Positions 10,515-21,876 of a stretch of 64,000 bases of DNA are shown in pieces. The stretch lies in assembly GCF_003334355.1 (NCBI RefSeq), contig NZ_QOWP01000023.1, one strand, 5' to 3'. Made by a program: the position numbers and the translations under genes. The stretch's first letter is position 1; each line of letters opens with the position of its first letter. The DNA comes from Escherichia coli. Lineage in GTDB: Bacteria; Pseudomonadota; Gammaproteobacteria; Enterobacterales; Enterobacteriaceae. Below the pieces are notes generated by a model. The model worked only from the letters and a program-made list of their open reading frames with translations, was not told the DNA's origin and searched no databases.

Positions 10515-11801
10515 TTACTGATGATTCATCATCAATTTACGCAACGCAGCAAAATCGGCGGGCAGATTATGTGAAAGCAAGGGTAAATCAGCACGTTCTG
10601 CCAGCTCTTTTGGCAGATCCAACGTTTCACCGAGAATCGCTTCCACGCTCTCTTTAAATTTCGCCGGATGCGCGGTGCCGAGGAACAAGCCATATTCGCC
10701 TGGATTCAACTGGTCACGCAGCGCACGATACGCTACGGCAGCGTGCGGCTCCGAGGTGTAGCCCAGTTCTTTTAACTCACGCATTGTCTGTTGCGTGGTT
10801 TCATCATCCACGGCTGCATAACCCAGCTCTTTCAGTTGCCAGATTTTGCGGCGGAACAACTCTTCCACACGCGGCCAGTTGTTCGGCTGACTCACGTCCA
10901 TCGCGTTGGATAACGTCGCCTGAGTCGCTTTGGGTGACCACTGACCGTCGTGCAGGAAACGTGGCACGGTATCGTTCACGTTGGTCGCAGCAATAAAACG
11001 TTTCACCGGCAGACCGAGTGACTTCGCCAGCAGACCCGCCGTCAAATCGCCGAAGTTTCCGCTTGGCACCGAGACAACCAGCTGGTTGCGCGCTTCCTGC
11101 GGCAGCTGCGCAACTGCTTCAAAGTAGTAGCAAATCTGCGCCAGCAAACGGCTGATGTTAATCGAGTTAGCTGAGTTTAACCCCAGCGCCACTTTCAGCT
11201 CTTCATCATCAAACGCCTGCTTCACCAGCGCCTGACAGGCATCGAAATCGCCGTCGATGGCAACAGTTTCGATATTGCCGCCCAATGTACAGAACAGTTT
11301 TTCTTGCAGTGGACTGATTTTGCCTCGTGGATAGAGGATAACCACTTTCACATTCGGTAAACCGTAGAAAGCATGAGCCACTGCCGCTCCGGTATCACCG
11401 GAGGTCGCGGTCAGAATGGTCACTGGCTTATCGCCCGCAATATGGGTCAGCATTTGTGCCATAAAGCGACCGCCGAAATCTTTAAATGCCAGCGTTGGCC
11501 CGTGGAACAATTCCAGACAACCGACATCGCTTTCAACATTGGCGACCGGAGCCGGGAAGGCAAACGCCGCGCGCACGCGCTCTTCCAGGATTTCCTGCGG
11601 GATTTCATCACCAATAAACGCCGAGAGGATCTTCGCACTGCGGGTGACAAAATCCAGCTTCAGCATCTCATCAATTTCAGTCAGGCTGAATTCCGGCAGG
11701 TCGTGCGGAAAAAACAGCCCCTGATTTTTGCCCAACCCCTGGGTTACGGCTTGCGCAAAGCTGACCTGCTCATTGTGATCTTTCAGATTGTAGAGTTTCA
11801 T
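10515..11801 (-). CDS. thrC: Threonine synthase
   Basis: 428-aa ORF starting MKLYNLKDHNEQVSFAQAVTQGLG. Confidence 0.98.
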   Translation of the reverse strand: MKLYNLKDHNEQVSFAQAVTQGLGKNQGLFFPHDLPEFSLTEIDEMLKLDFVTRSAKILSAFIGDEIPQEILEERVRAAFAFPAPVANVESDVGCLELFHGPTLAFKDFGGRFMAQMLTHIAGDKPVTILTATSGDTGAAVAHAFYGLPNVKVVILYPRGKISPLQEKLFCTLGGNIETVAIDGDFDACQALVKQAFDDEELKVALGLNSANSINISRLLAQICYYFEAVAQLPQEARNQLVVSVPSGNFGDLTAGLLAKSLGLPVKRFIAATNVNDTVPRFLHDGQWSPKATQATLSNAMDVSQPNNWPRVEELFRRKIWQLKELGYAAVDDETTQQTMRELKELGYTSEPHAAVAYRALRDQLNPGEYGLFLGTAHPAKFKESVEAILGETLDLPKELAERADLPLLSHNLPADFAALRKLMMNHQ

Positions 11802-12734
11802 TTAGTTTTCCAGTACTCGTGCGCCCGCCGTATCCAGCCGGCAAATATGAACAAAACCTTCCTGATTTTGCAGGTAGTTCTTACCCAACCAGTCGGCAAC
11901 GCGCTGGGCGGTATCCGGCTTGTCACACAGAGCGAACAAGGTCGGGCCGGAGCCGGAGATACCGCTCGCTACCGCGCCGATTTCCGCAACCGCCTGCCGC
12001 GCCTGCCGGAAGCCAGGCAGTAACCGTTCACGGTAGGGTTCAGCGATAACATCTTTCATCAGCTTCGCGGCAAGCTCAGGCTGACGGGAATAGCAGGCGT
12101 GAATGAAGCCAGCCAGATGTCGCCCGTGCGCAATGCAATCCTGGCGGCGATACTGCGCCGGTAAAATAGCCCTGGCTTCTGCCGTCGAGACTTTAATCCC
12201 CGGATACGCCAGCACCCACAGCCACTCATCAAACCCTGGCACTTGCTGGCTGATGATGTCGTTTTCTTCGATCATCAACTGCATACCACCAAGAAAACAC
12301 GGTGCCACGTTGTCGTAATGAATGCTGCCGGAGATTCGTCCTTCCAGCTCGCCCATCAAAGCCAGCAAACGAGTGTCATTAAGCGGCTTGCCACAGTGTT
12401 CATTCATCGCCATCAGCGCCGCGACCACCGAACAGGCGCTGGAGCCTAAGCCCGAACCGATTGGCATATTCTTTTCCAGAGTCATCGCCACTGGAATTTG
12501 CTTGCCAAGCTCCTGGCAAAAACGCTCCCAGCACTGATAAACGATATTTTCCCGTGGTTCTGACGGCAGCTTATCGGCAAAGCGTCCGAGGTTGTTGAGA
12601 CTGAATGTCTCTGCCGCCTCAACCGTGACTACATCTCCGAGCAATGCACCATCAACAGGTGTCACCGCCGCCCCGAGCACATCAAACCCGACGCTCATAT
12701 TGGCACTGGAAGCCGGGGCATAAACTTTAACCAT
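11802..12734 (-). CDS. thrB: Homoserine kinase
   Basis: 310-aa ORF starting [21 protein letters not shown] (GHMP kinase). Confidence 0.98.
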
Positions 12735-12735
12735 G

Positions 12736-15198
12736 TCAGACTCCTAACTTCCATGAGAGGGTACGTAGCAGATCGGCAAAGACACCGGCAGCTGTAACGT
12801 CATTGCCCGCACCATATCCGCGCAGCACCAACGGCAGCGGCTGATAATAGTGGCTATAAAAGGCCAGGGCGTTTTCGCCATTTTTCACTTTGAACAGCGG
12901 ATCATTACCATCCACTTCGGCAATCTTCACGCGGCAGGCACCATCTTCATCAATATTGCCAACATAGCGCAAAACTTTTCCTTCATCACGGGCCTTCGCC
13001 ACGCGCGCGGCAAAGAGATCGTCGAGCTGTGACAGATTCGCCATAAAAGCGGCAACATCACCCTCAGCGTTAAACTCTGCGGGCAGCACAGGTTCAATTT
13101 CAATATCCGCCAGCTCCAGTTCACGTCCCGTTTCACGAGCGAGAATCAATAGCTTACGCGCTACATCCATACCAGAAAGATCATCTCGCGGATCCGGTTC
13201 GGTATAACCCATTTCCCGCGCCAGAGTAGTCGCCTCGGAGAAACTCATGCCTTCGTCTAACTTGCCGAAGATATAAGAAAGCGAACCTGAAAGAATGCCG
13301 GAGAACTTCATCAATTCATCACCAGCATTGAGCAGATTTTGCAGGTTCTCAATAACCGGTAATCCAGCCCCAACGTTGGTGTCATAGAGGAATTTACGCC
13401 GCGATTTTTCCGCCGCATGACGCAACAGATGGTAGTAATCCATCGACGAGGTGTTGGCCTTTTTGTTCGGCGTGACAACGTGGAAACCTTCGCGCAAGAA
13501 GTCGGCATATTGATCCGCCACTGCCTGGCTGGAAGTGCAGTCAACAATGACCGGGTTCAGCAGATGATATTCTTTCACGAGGCGAATTAAGCGCCCGAGA
13601 TTAAACGGCTCTTTGGCTTGCGCCAGTTCTTCCTGCCAGTTTTCCAGATTTAGGCCATGCACATTGGTGAGCAGTGCCTTCGAGTTGGCAACACCGCAGA
13701 CACGTAAGTCGATATGTTTATTCTTCAGCCAGCTTTGTTGACGCTTCAGTTGCTCCAGCAGCGCACCGCCAACGCCACCGACGCCAATCACAAACACTTC
13801 GATAACCTGATCGGTATTGAACAGCATCTGATGAGTAACGCGCACGCCAGTGGTCGCATCATCGTTATTTACCACGACAGAGATTGAGCGTTCAGAAGAT
13901 CCCTGAGCAATCGCGACAATGTTGATATTGGCGCGGGCCAGCGCGGCAAAGAATTTCGCCGAGATCCCACGCAAGGTGCGCATACCATCACCTACCACCG
14001 AGATAATGGCCAGCCGTTCCGTCACCGCCAGCGGCTCCAGTAAGCCTTCTTTCAGTTCCAGGTAGAACTCTTCCTGCATTGCCCGTTCAGCCCGCACACA
14101 GTCGCTTTGCGGAACGCAGAAACTGATACTGTATTCGGAAGATGATTGCGTAATCAGCACCACGGAAATACGGGCGCGTGACATCGCGGCAAAGACGCGC
14201 GCCGCCATGCCGACCATTCCTTTCATCCCCGGGCCGGAAACGCTGAACATTGCCATGTTATTCAGATTGGAAATGCCCTTGACCGGTAATTCGTCTTCAT
14301 CACGACTGGCACCAATGAGCGTACCTGGTGCTTGAGGATTTCCGGTATTTTTAATCAGGCAAGGGATCTGGAACTGGGCGATGGGGGTAATGGTGCGGGG
14401 GTGAAGAACTTTAGCGCCGAAGTAGGAAAGCTCCATCGCTTCCTGGTAGGACATCGACTTCAACAACCTCGCATCGGGCACCTGACGCGGGTCGCAGGTA
14501 TAGACCCCGTCAACGTCCGTCCAAATCTCGCAACAATCGGCGCGTAAACAGGCAGCCAGCACCGCCGCGGAGTAGTCGGAACCGTTGCGTCCAAGTACCA
14601 CCAGTTCGCCTTTTTCATTACCGGCGGTGAAGCCTGCCATCAGCACCATGTGATCAGCCGGAATACGACTTGCCGCAATACGGCGGGTGGACTCAGCAAT
14701 ATCGACGGTAGATTCGAGGTAATGCCCCACTGCCAGTAGTTTTTCGACCGGATCGATAACGGTAACGTTGTGACCACGCGCTTCTAACACGCCGGCCATA
14801 ATGGCGATCGACATTTTCTCGCCACGGCAAATCAGCGCAGCGTTAATGCTATCCGGGCACTGCCCTAACAAACTAATGCCATGCAGGACATGTTTTATTT
14901 GGGCAAATTCCTGGTCGACGAAAGTTTTCAATTGCGCCAGCGGGAATCCCGGCTGGGCGGCGGCGAGTCCCGTCAAAAGTTCGGCAAAAATACGTTCGGC
15001 ATCGCTGATATTGGGTAAAGCATCCTGGCCGCTAATGGTTTTTTCAATCATCGCCACCAGGTGGTTGGTGATTTTGGCGGGGGCAGAGAGGACGGTGGCC
15101 ACCTGCCCCTGCCTGGCATTGCTTTCCAGAATATCGGCAACCCGCAGAAAACGTTCTGCATTTGCCACTGATGTACCGCCGAACTTCAACACTCGCAT
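12736..15198 (-). CDS. thrA: Bifunctional aspartokinase I / homoserine dehydrogenase I
   Basis: 820-aa ORF starting [30 protein letters not shown]. Confidence 0.99.
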
Positions 15199-15224
15199 GG
15201 TTGTTACCTCGTTACCTTTGGTCG

Positions 15225-15261
15225 AAAAAAAAAGCCCGCACTGTCAGGTGCGGGCTTTTTT
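15225..15261 (-). terminator. thr operon attenuator (leader terminator)
   Basis: Minus strand gcccgcacctgacagtgcgggc hairpin followed by a run of 9 T; located between thrL and thrA. Confidence 0.8.
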
Positions 15262-15279
15262 CTGTGTTTCCTGTACGCG

Positions 15280-15348
<69 letters not shown>

Positions 15349-15558
15349 TGTTGTGTACTCTGTAATTTTTATCTGTCTGTGCGCTATGCCTATATTGGTT
15401 AAAGTATTTAGTGACCTAAGTCAATAAAATTTTAATTTACTCACGGCAGGTAACCAGTTCAGAAGCTGCTGTCAGAGACTCTTTTTTTAATCCACACAGA
15501 GACATATTGCCCATTGCAGTCAGAATGAAAAGCTGAAAAATACTTACTAAGGCGTTTT

Positions 15559-16245
15559 TTATTTGGTGATATTTTTTTCAATATCATGCAGCAAACGGTG
15601 CAACATTGCCGTGTCTCGTTGCTCTAAAAGCCCCAGGCGTTGCTGTAACCAGTCGACCAGTTTTATGTCATCTGCCACTGCCAGAGTCGTCAGCAATGCC
15701 ATGACTCGTTCGCGTAAAGCTTGCAGTTGATGTTGGTCTGCCGTTGTGTCACTTTTCGTCGGTTGTTGTATTAATGTTGCTAATTGATAGCAATAGACCA
15801 TCACTGCCTGCCCCAGATTGAGCGAAGGATAATCCGCCACCATCGGCACACCAGTAAGAACGTCAGCCAACGCTAACTCTTCGTTAGTCAACCCGGAATC
15901 TTCGCGACCAAACACCAGCGCGGCATGGCTCATCCATGAAGATTTTTCCTCTAACAGCGGCACCAGTTCAACTGGCGTGGCGTAGTAATGATATTTCGCC
16001 CGACTGCGCGCAGTGGTGGCGACAGTGAAATCGACATCGTGTAACGATTCAACCAGTGTCGGGAAAACTTTAATATTATCAATAATATCACCAGATCCAT
16101 GTGCGACCCAGCGAGTGGCTGGCTCCAGATGTGCCTGACTATCGACAATCCGCAGTTCGCTAAACCCCATCGTTTTCATTGCCCGCGCCGCTGCCCCAAT
16201 ATTTTCTGCTCTGGCGGGTGCGACCAGAATAATCGTTATACGCAT
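15559..16245 (-). CDS. lasT: SpoU-family tRNA/rRNA methyltransferase LasT (YjtD)
   Basis: Start trimmed to MRITIILVAPARAENIGAAARAMKTMGF (228 aa); SpoU/TrmH fold. Confidence 0.85.
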   Translation of the reverse strand: MRITIILVAPARAENIGAAARAMKTMGFSELRIVDSQAHLEPATRWVAHGSGDIIDNIKVFPTLVESLHDVDFTVATTARSRAKYHYYATPVELVPLLEEKSSWMSHAALVFGREDSGLTNEELALADVLTGVPMVADYPSLNLGQAVMVYCYQLATLIQQPTKSDTTADQHQLQALRERVMALLTTLAVADDIKLVDWLQQRLGLLEQRDTAMLHRLLHDIEKNITK

Positions 16246-16589
16246 ATTGCCACTCTTCTTGACCAAATGACCGCGAACAGGGTGATCACTGTCAACTTAT
16301 TACGCGGTGCGAATTTACAAATCCTTAACGTAAGTCGCAGAAAAAGCCCTTTACTTAGCTTAAAAAAGGCTAAACTATTTCCTGACTGTACTAACGGTTG
16401 AATTGTTAAAAAATGCTACATATCCTTCTGTTTACTTAGGATAATTTTATAAAAAATAAATCTCGACAATTGGATTCACCACGTTTATTAGTTGTATGAT
16501 GCAACTAGTTGGATTATTAAAATAATGTGACGAAAGCTAGCATTTAGATACGATGATTTCATCAAACTGTTAACGTGCTACAATTGAAC

Positions 16590-16603
16590 TTGATATATGT
16601 CAA
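16590..16603. promoter_or_regulatory. FNR-like site in arcA upstream region
   Basis: TTGATatatGTCAA, near match to the FNR consensus TTGAT-N4-ATCAA, about 280 bp upstream of the arcA start. Confidence 0.45.
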
Positions 16604-16880
16604 CGAAGCGTAGTTTTATTGGGTGTCCGGCCCCTCTTAGCCTGTTATGTTGCTGTTAAAATGGTTAGGATGACAGCCGTTTTTGACACTGTCGGGTCCT
16701 GAGGGAAAGTACCCACGACCAAGCTAATGATGTTGTTGACGTTGATGGAAAGTGCATCAAGAACGCAATTACGTACTTTAGTCATGTTACGCCGATCATG
16801 TTAATTTGCAGCATGCATCAGGCAGGTCAGGGACTTTTGTACTTCCTGTTTCGATTTAGTTGGCAATTTAGGTAGCAAAC

Positions 16881-17597
16881 ATGCAGACCCCGCACATTCT
16901 TATCGTTGAAGACGAGTTGGTAACACGCAACACGTTGAAAAGTATTTTCGAAGCGGAAGGCTATGATGTTTTCGAAGCGACAGATGGCGCGGAAATGCAT
17001 CAGATCCTCTCTGAATATGACATCAACCTGGTGATCATGGATATCAATCTGCCGGGTAAGAACGGTCTTCTGTTAGCGCGTGAACTGCGCGAGCAGGCGA
17101 ATGTTGCGTTGATGTTCCTGACTGGCCGTGACAACGAAGTCGATAAAATTCTCGGCCTCGAAATCGGTGCAGATGACTACATCACCAAACCGTTCAACCC
17201 GCGTGAACTGACGATTCGTGCACGCAACCTGCTGTCCCGTACCATGAATCTGGGTACTGTCAGCGAAGAACGTCGTAGCGTTGAAAGCTACAAGTTCAAT
17301 GGTTGGGAACTGGACATCAACAGCCGTTCGTTGATCGGCCCTGATGGCGAGCAGTACAAGCTGCCGCGCAGCGAGTTCCGCGCCATGCTTCACTTCTGTG
17401 AAAACCCAGGCAAAATTCAGTCCCGTGCTGAACTGCTGAAGAAAATGACCGGCCGTGAGCTGAAACCACACGACCGTACTGTAGACGTGACGATCCGCCG
17501 TATTCGTAAACATTTCGAATCTACGCCGGATACGCCGGAAATCATCGCCACCATCCACGGTGAAGGTTATCGCTTCTGCGGTGATCTGGAAGATTAA
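16881..17597 (+). CDS. arcA: Aerobic respiration control response regulator ArcA
   Basis: 238-aa ORF starting [30 protein letters not shown]; OmpR-family receiver plus winged helix. Confidence 0.98.
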
Positions 17598-17613
17598 TCG
17601 GCGTTACCACCGT

Positions 17614-17652
17614 CAAAAAAAATGGCGCTTTTTAGCGCCGTTTTTATTTTTC
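17614..17652. terminator. Bidirectional terminator between convergent arcA and creD
   Basis: A-run, ggcgc-loop-gcgcc hairpin, T-run. Confidence 0.7.
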
Positions 17653-17656
17653 AACC

Positions 17657-19009
17657 TTATTTCCAGATACGTAATTGATCGTCCATTGTAACTTCTTTAC
17701 TGGCTTTCATTTTCGGCAGTGAAAACGCATACCAGTCGATATTACGAGTCACAAACATCATGCCGGCCAGCGCCACCACCAGCACACTGGTTCCCAACAA
17801 CAGCGCGCTATCGGCAGAGTTGAGCAGTCCCCACATCACACCATCCAGCAACAACAGCGCGAGGGTAAACAACATGCTGTTGCGCCAGCCTTTCAATACC
17901 GCCTGCAAATAAATACCGTTCATTAACGCCCCAATCAGACTGGCGATTATCCATGCCACGGTAAAACCGATATGTTCAGAAAGCGCCAGCAAGAGCAAAT
18001 AAAACATCACCAATGAAAGCCCCACCAGCAAATATTGCATTGGGTGTAAACGTTGCGCGGTGAGCGTTTCAAAAACAAAGAACGCCATAAAAGTCAGTGC
18101 AATCAGCAGAATGGCGTACTTAGTCGCCCGGTCCGTTAATTGGTATTGATCGGCTGGCGTCGTCACTGCGACGCTAAACGCGGGGAAGTTTTCCCAGCCG
18201 GTATCATTGCCTGAAGCAAAACGCTCACCGAGATTATTAGCAAACCAGCTGCTTTGCCATTGCGCCTGAAAACCTGACTCGCTAACTTCCCGTTTGGCTG
18301 GCAAAAAATCACCTAAAAAACTGGGATGCGGCCAGTTGCTGGTTAAGGTCATTTCGCTATTACGCCCGGCAGGCACCACAGAAAGATCGCCGGTACCGCT
18401 TAAATTCAGGGCCATATTCAGCTTCAGGTTCTGCTTCCGCCAGCCCCCTTCGGGTAAAGGGATATGCACGCCCTGCCCGCCTTGCTCTAACCCGGTGCCG
18501 GGTTCAATGGTCAGCGCCGTTCCGTTAACTTCAGGCGCTTTCACCACACCAATACCACGCGCATCCCCGACGCTAATCACAATAAAGGGCTTGCCTAAGA
18601 TGATATTTGGCGCGTTGAGCTCGCTAAGACGCGAAACATCGAAATCGGCTTTTAGCGTTAAATCACTGTGCCAGACCTGACCGGTATAAATCCCTATCTT
18701 GCGTTCTTCCACGTTCTGATTGCCATCAACCATCAATGACTCAGGTAACCAAAAATGGATAAAACTTCGTTTCCGCTCCACGGTTTTATCCTCTTCCTGC
18801 ACCGTATAAAGCTCGGTCACAGGAATAGCGATAAGCGGCCCAACGAGTTTTTGCGGCCCGCTGGTACTTTGGCGAATCGCATCTTCCACATCGCTACGGT
18901 AATCGGCACGTTCGACAATCACTTGCCGAATCAGCATTATCGGAATCAACAACAGCAATACTGCACCAAACAAGGTGGTCATTTTCCAGAACAGGGGGGA
19001 TTTCAACAT
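17657..19009 (-). CDS. creD: Inner membrane protein CreD
   Basis: 450-aa ORF; last gene of the creABCD cluster. Confidence 0.93.
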   Translation of the reverse strand: MLKSPLFWKMTTLFGAVLLLLIPIMLIRQVIVERADYRSDVEDAIRQSTSGPQKLVGPLIAIPVTELYTVQEEDKTVERKRSFIHFWLPESLMVDGNQNVEERKIGIYTGQVWHSDLTLKADFDVSRLSELNAPNIILGKPFIVISVGDARGIGVVKAPEVNGTALTIEPGTGLEQGGQGVHIPLPEGGWRKQNLKLNMALNLSGTGDLSVVPAGRNSEMTLTSNWPHPSFLGDFLPAKREVSESGFQAQWQSSWFANNLGERFASGNDTGWENFPAFSVAVTTPADQYQLTDRATKYAILLIALTFMAFFVFETLTAQRLHPMQYLLVGLSLVMFYLLLLALSEHIGFTVAWIIASLIGALMNGIYLQAVLKGWRNSMLFTLALLLLDGVMWGLLNSADSALLLGTSVLVVALAGMMFVTRNIDWYAFSLPKMKASKEVTMDDQLRIWK

Positions 19010-19066
19010 AGTCTTCTCCTTTGCAATGGCAGCAGGATACGAAGGCTATGTGGGAAGAATTTGAAG

Positions 19067-20491
19067 CTATGTGAAGTGACGGTGAAGTCGAAGCGAGGCC
19101 AGCACGCCACCTTCCTGCACGTTGCGCAGCGTGACTTCGCCGTTAAACAAACGGGCGACCTCACTGACGAACGCCAACCCCAGACCGCTGCTTTTTTGCC
19201 CATTTGCACGCGGCAAAGAGTAAAAGCGTTCAAAAATACGTGACAGCGCGTAGTCAGGAATACCACTACCGGTATCCAGCACCTTAAGGGCGACGTGTTC
19301 CTGATCCACTTCGGCGCTTAGCGTTATGCGACCGCTCTCGGGGGTAAAATCGATGGCGTTATCCAGTAAATTCCCCAGCGCCTGCTCCAGTAACGCCGGT
19401 TCAGCAGCAACATTAACCTCAGTGGGCATAACATGTAGAGTGATGTTTTTTTCTGCCAACTGCACGGTGCGCGCTTCGCTGACGCGGCGAAATAATGCCG
19501 CCACATCAACAACAGTCAGAACGACTTCCTGACGATTCTCCAGTCTTGCCTGGCGTAGTAACGTTTCTACCAATGCCTGCATACGCGCATTTTGCGTCAG
19601 AATGTTGTCGGTAAAACGAGCCACCACTTCCGGTGGCGGACCTTCGCGTAAAATTTCCGCCGCGCCACGAATCGCCGCCAGTGGGCTTTTTAGCTCATGG
19701 GTTAACGCATAAACATACTGCTCAATATAGTTTTTCCCTTCCAGCTTCACGCGCATACTTTCCAGCGCCTGCGCAAGCTTACGCAACTCGCTACTGCCGA
19801 GTTCAGGAAGAGGAACGGGCTTATTGTCAGTGACGGAATCGGCATAGCGAGTGAGCCGGGCAATGGAGCGGTTGATCCACCAAACCATGCCTGCGCCAAT
19901 CACCAGTGCAATCCCCAGCAAAATGGCGCTGGCCCATAAAATTCGCCGCTCGCTACGCTTAATGACCGGAGCCATCGCCGCGTTCGGTTTGCCTACGCTC
20001 AAAACGCCAATAAGCCGCGAGCCGTCCATAATCAGCGCGGCAACATACATCACCGAACTTTCGGGATCGGCAGGATTTTGCAACGTGCTGCGCGCACCAT
20101 ACTGACCACGCAACGTTAGCCAGACGTCATTCCAGCGCGAATAATCCTGCCCAACGGCTTTATTTGCCGAATCGAACAATACTTTACCCTGCGAATCGGT
20201 CATATAGACATGATATTCATTGCGCACTTTGTTAATGCCACCGATATTGGCGCGAAACGGGCGATGTTGTAGCTGATTAAACGCCTGCGCCAGTTGCCCA
20301 TGCGTTGGGTCCCCAGAGAGCAAATCGGGACGCGCCAGCTCCGCCAGCAACGTTGCGGTATCGATTAACGTCCCCTCCGTTGCTCTTCGCACGCCCGGTT
20401 TAACTTCTTTGACAAAAATAGCCAGTACGAACCAGGCCGCCACCGCCACCAGTAAAAAATAGCCCAGCAGCAACCGCATGCCGATACGCAT
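19067..20491 (-). CDS. creC: Sensor histidine kinase CreC
   Basis: 474-aa ORF with an H-box (LTHELKSPLAAIRGAAE) and ATPase region. Confidence 0.95.
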   Translation of the reverse strand: MRIGMRLLLGYFLLVAVAAWFVLAIFVKEVKPGVRRATEGTLIDTATLLAELARPDLLSGDPTHGQLAQAFNQLQHRPFRANIGGINKVRNEYHVYMTDSQGKVLFDSANKAVGQDYSRWNDVWLTLRGQYGARSTLQNPADPESSVMYVAALIMDGSRLIGVLSVGKPNAAMAPVIKRSERRILWASAILLGIALVIGAGMVWWINRSIARLTRYADSVTDNKPVPLPELGSSELRKLAQALESMRVKLEGKNYIEQYVYALTHELKSPLAAIRGAAEILREGPPPEVVARFTDNILTQNARMQALVETLLRQARLENRQEVVLTVVDVAALFRRVSEARTVQLAEKNITLHVMPTEVNVAAEPALLEQALGNLLDNAIDFTPESGRITLSAEVDQEHVALKVLDTGSGIPDYALSRIFERFYSLPRANGQKSSGLGLAFVSEVARLFNGEVTLRNVQEGGVLASLRLHRHFT

Positions 20492-21180
20492 TACAGGCCC
20501 CTCAGGCTATATCCCATGCCGCGATGAGTATTAATCGGTGAAAGATCGGGGTTGATGGCGCGCAGCTTGGCACGCAACGTTTTAATGTGGGTATCAATGG
20601 TGCGATCGTAGGTGTCCTGCGCATCTTCCCACACGCTATCCATTAGTTGCTGGCGGGACCAGACGCGGCCTGGCGACTTGAGTAACGTCTTCAGCAATAA
20701 AAACTCATACCGCGTCAGCGTTAATGGCGTGTCAAACCAGCTGATCTGCGCCGCGGGTTCATTCAATTCAAAATGACCAATACGGATGACGGGAGACGGC
20801 GACGAGAACTTCTTCACCCGACGCAGTAAGGTGCGCACCCTGGCGCACACTTCGCGGGGTGAAAACGGTTTAGCCACATAGTCGTCAGCGCCAATTTCCA
20901 GCCCAAGCAGGCGATCGACCTCTTCACTTCGGGCCGTCAGGAACAGTACAGGTAACGCCGGATGGAGCGCCAGTAACTGGCGGCATAATTCAAAGCCGCT
21001 GATATCAGGCAAACCAACATCGAGAATCATGACGTCGGGAGCCTGCTGGCGAGCTTTATCCAGCACCGGCAAGCCTCGCTCAAAGACCTCGACGGCAAAA
21101 CCTTCCTGCTGCAACATGTAGACCAGCGTGTCGGCTATCCCTTGCTCATCTTCCACTAACCAGACCGTTTCCCGTTGCAT
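20491..21180 (-). CDS. creB: Response regulator CreB
   Basis: 229-aa OmpR-family ORF; stop overlaps the creC start. Confidence 0.95.
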   Translation of the reverse strand: MQRETVWLVEDEQGIADTLVYMLQQEGFAVEVFERGLPVLDKARQQAPDVMILDVGLPDISGFELCRQLLALHPALPVLFLTARSEEVDRLLGLEIGADDYVAKPFSPREVCARVRTLLRRVKKFSSPSPVIRIGHFELNEPAAQISWFDTPLTLTRYEFLLLKTLLKSPGRVWSRQQLMDSVWEDAQDTYDRTIDTHIKTLRAKLRAINPDLSPINTHRGMGYSLRGL

Positions 21181-21192
21181 AAATCGCCTCTG

Positions 21193-21666
21193 TTATTGCC
21201 GCCACGGCATGACAGGAACCGCGCTAATCGCGTTTTTCGGCGAACCTTCTACAACTTTGTCGGAGTAAGCCAGATAAGCGAGCGCGTTGCGTTTGGCGTC
21301 ATAAAAGCGCACGACCTGTAACGACTTAAAGACCAGGGACGTGCGTTTTTTGAATACTACCTCGCCCTGAGCTTTGCCGTTTTTAATACGATCCGACAGT
21401 TCAATCGGCCCGACTTGCTGACAAGAAATAGCCGCATCGGAGGTATCTTCCGCCAGACCCAATCCCCCTTTAATACCACCTGTTTTCGCCCGGCTCACAT
21501 AACAGGTGACATTTTTCACATCGGGATCGTCAAAGGCTTCCACAACAATTTTGTGATCCGGGCCGATCATTTTAAATACGGTGTCGACCGAACCAATCTC
21601 TTCTGCATGAGCCAATGGCCCCAGCATTATCAGGCTTAAAGACAGGATCAAATGCTTGTATTTCAT
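21193..21666 (-). CDS. creA: Periplasmic protein CreA
   Basis: 157-aa ORF with signal peptide. Confidence 0.9.
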
Positions 21667-21876
21667 ATTGTTACCATTTTTATCTATTACACGAGCAATT
21701 AGTTCGTCACGGTAAATAACATATTGATTAAGAACAAAATCTCAATACTTTTATTTCCGTCAAGACCTAAAACATACTCTACTAAGAAAAAAACACTGAA
21801 TGCTAAAACAGCAAAAAATGCTATTATCCAATTACCTGATGTCAGGTGCTCGTTGTTGAAAGGATGAGGATATTTT

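Noticed and set aside
12736-15198. Attempt to decide whether the strain is exactly MG1655 from remembered ThrA residues
   Set aside because: A few residues appear to differ from my recollection of the reference protein, but recall at single-residue level is not reliable; strain identity needs an alignment.
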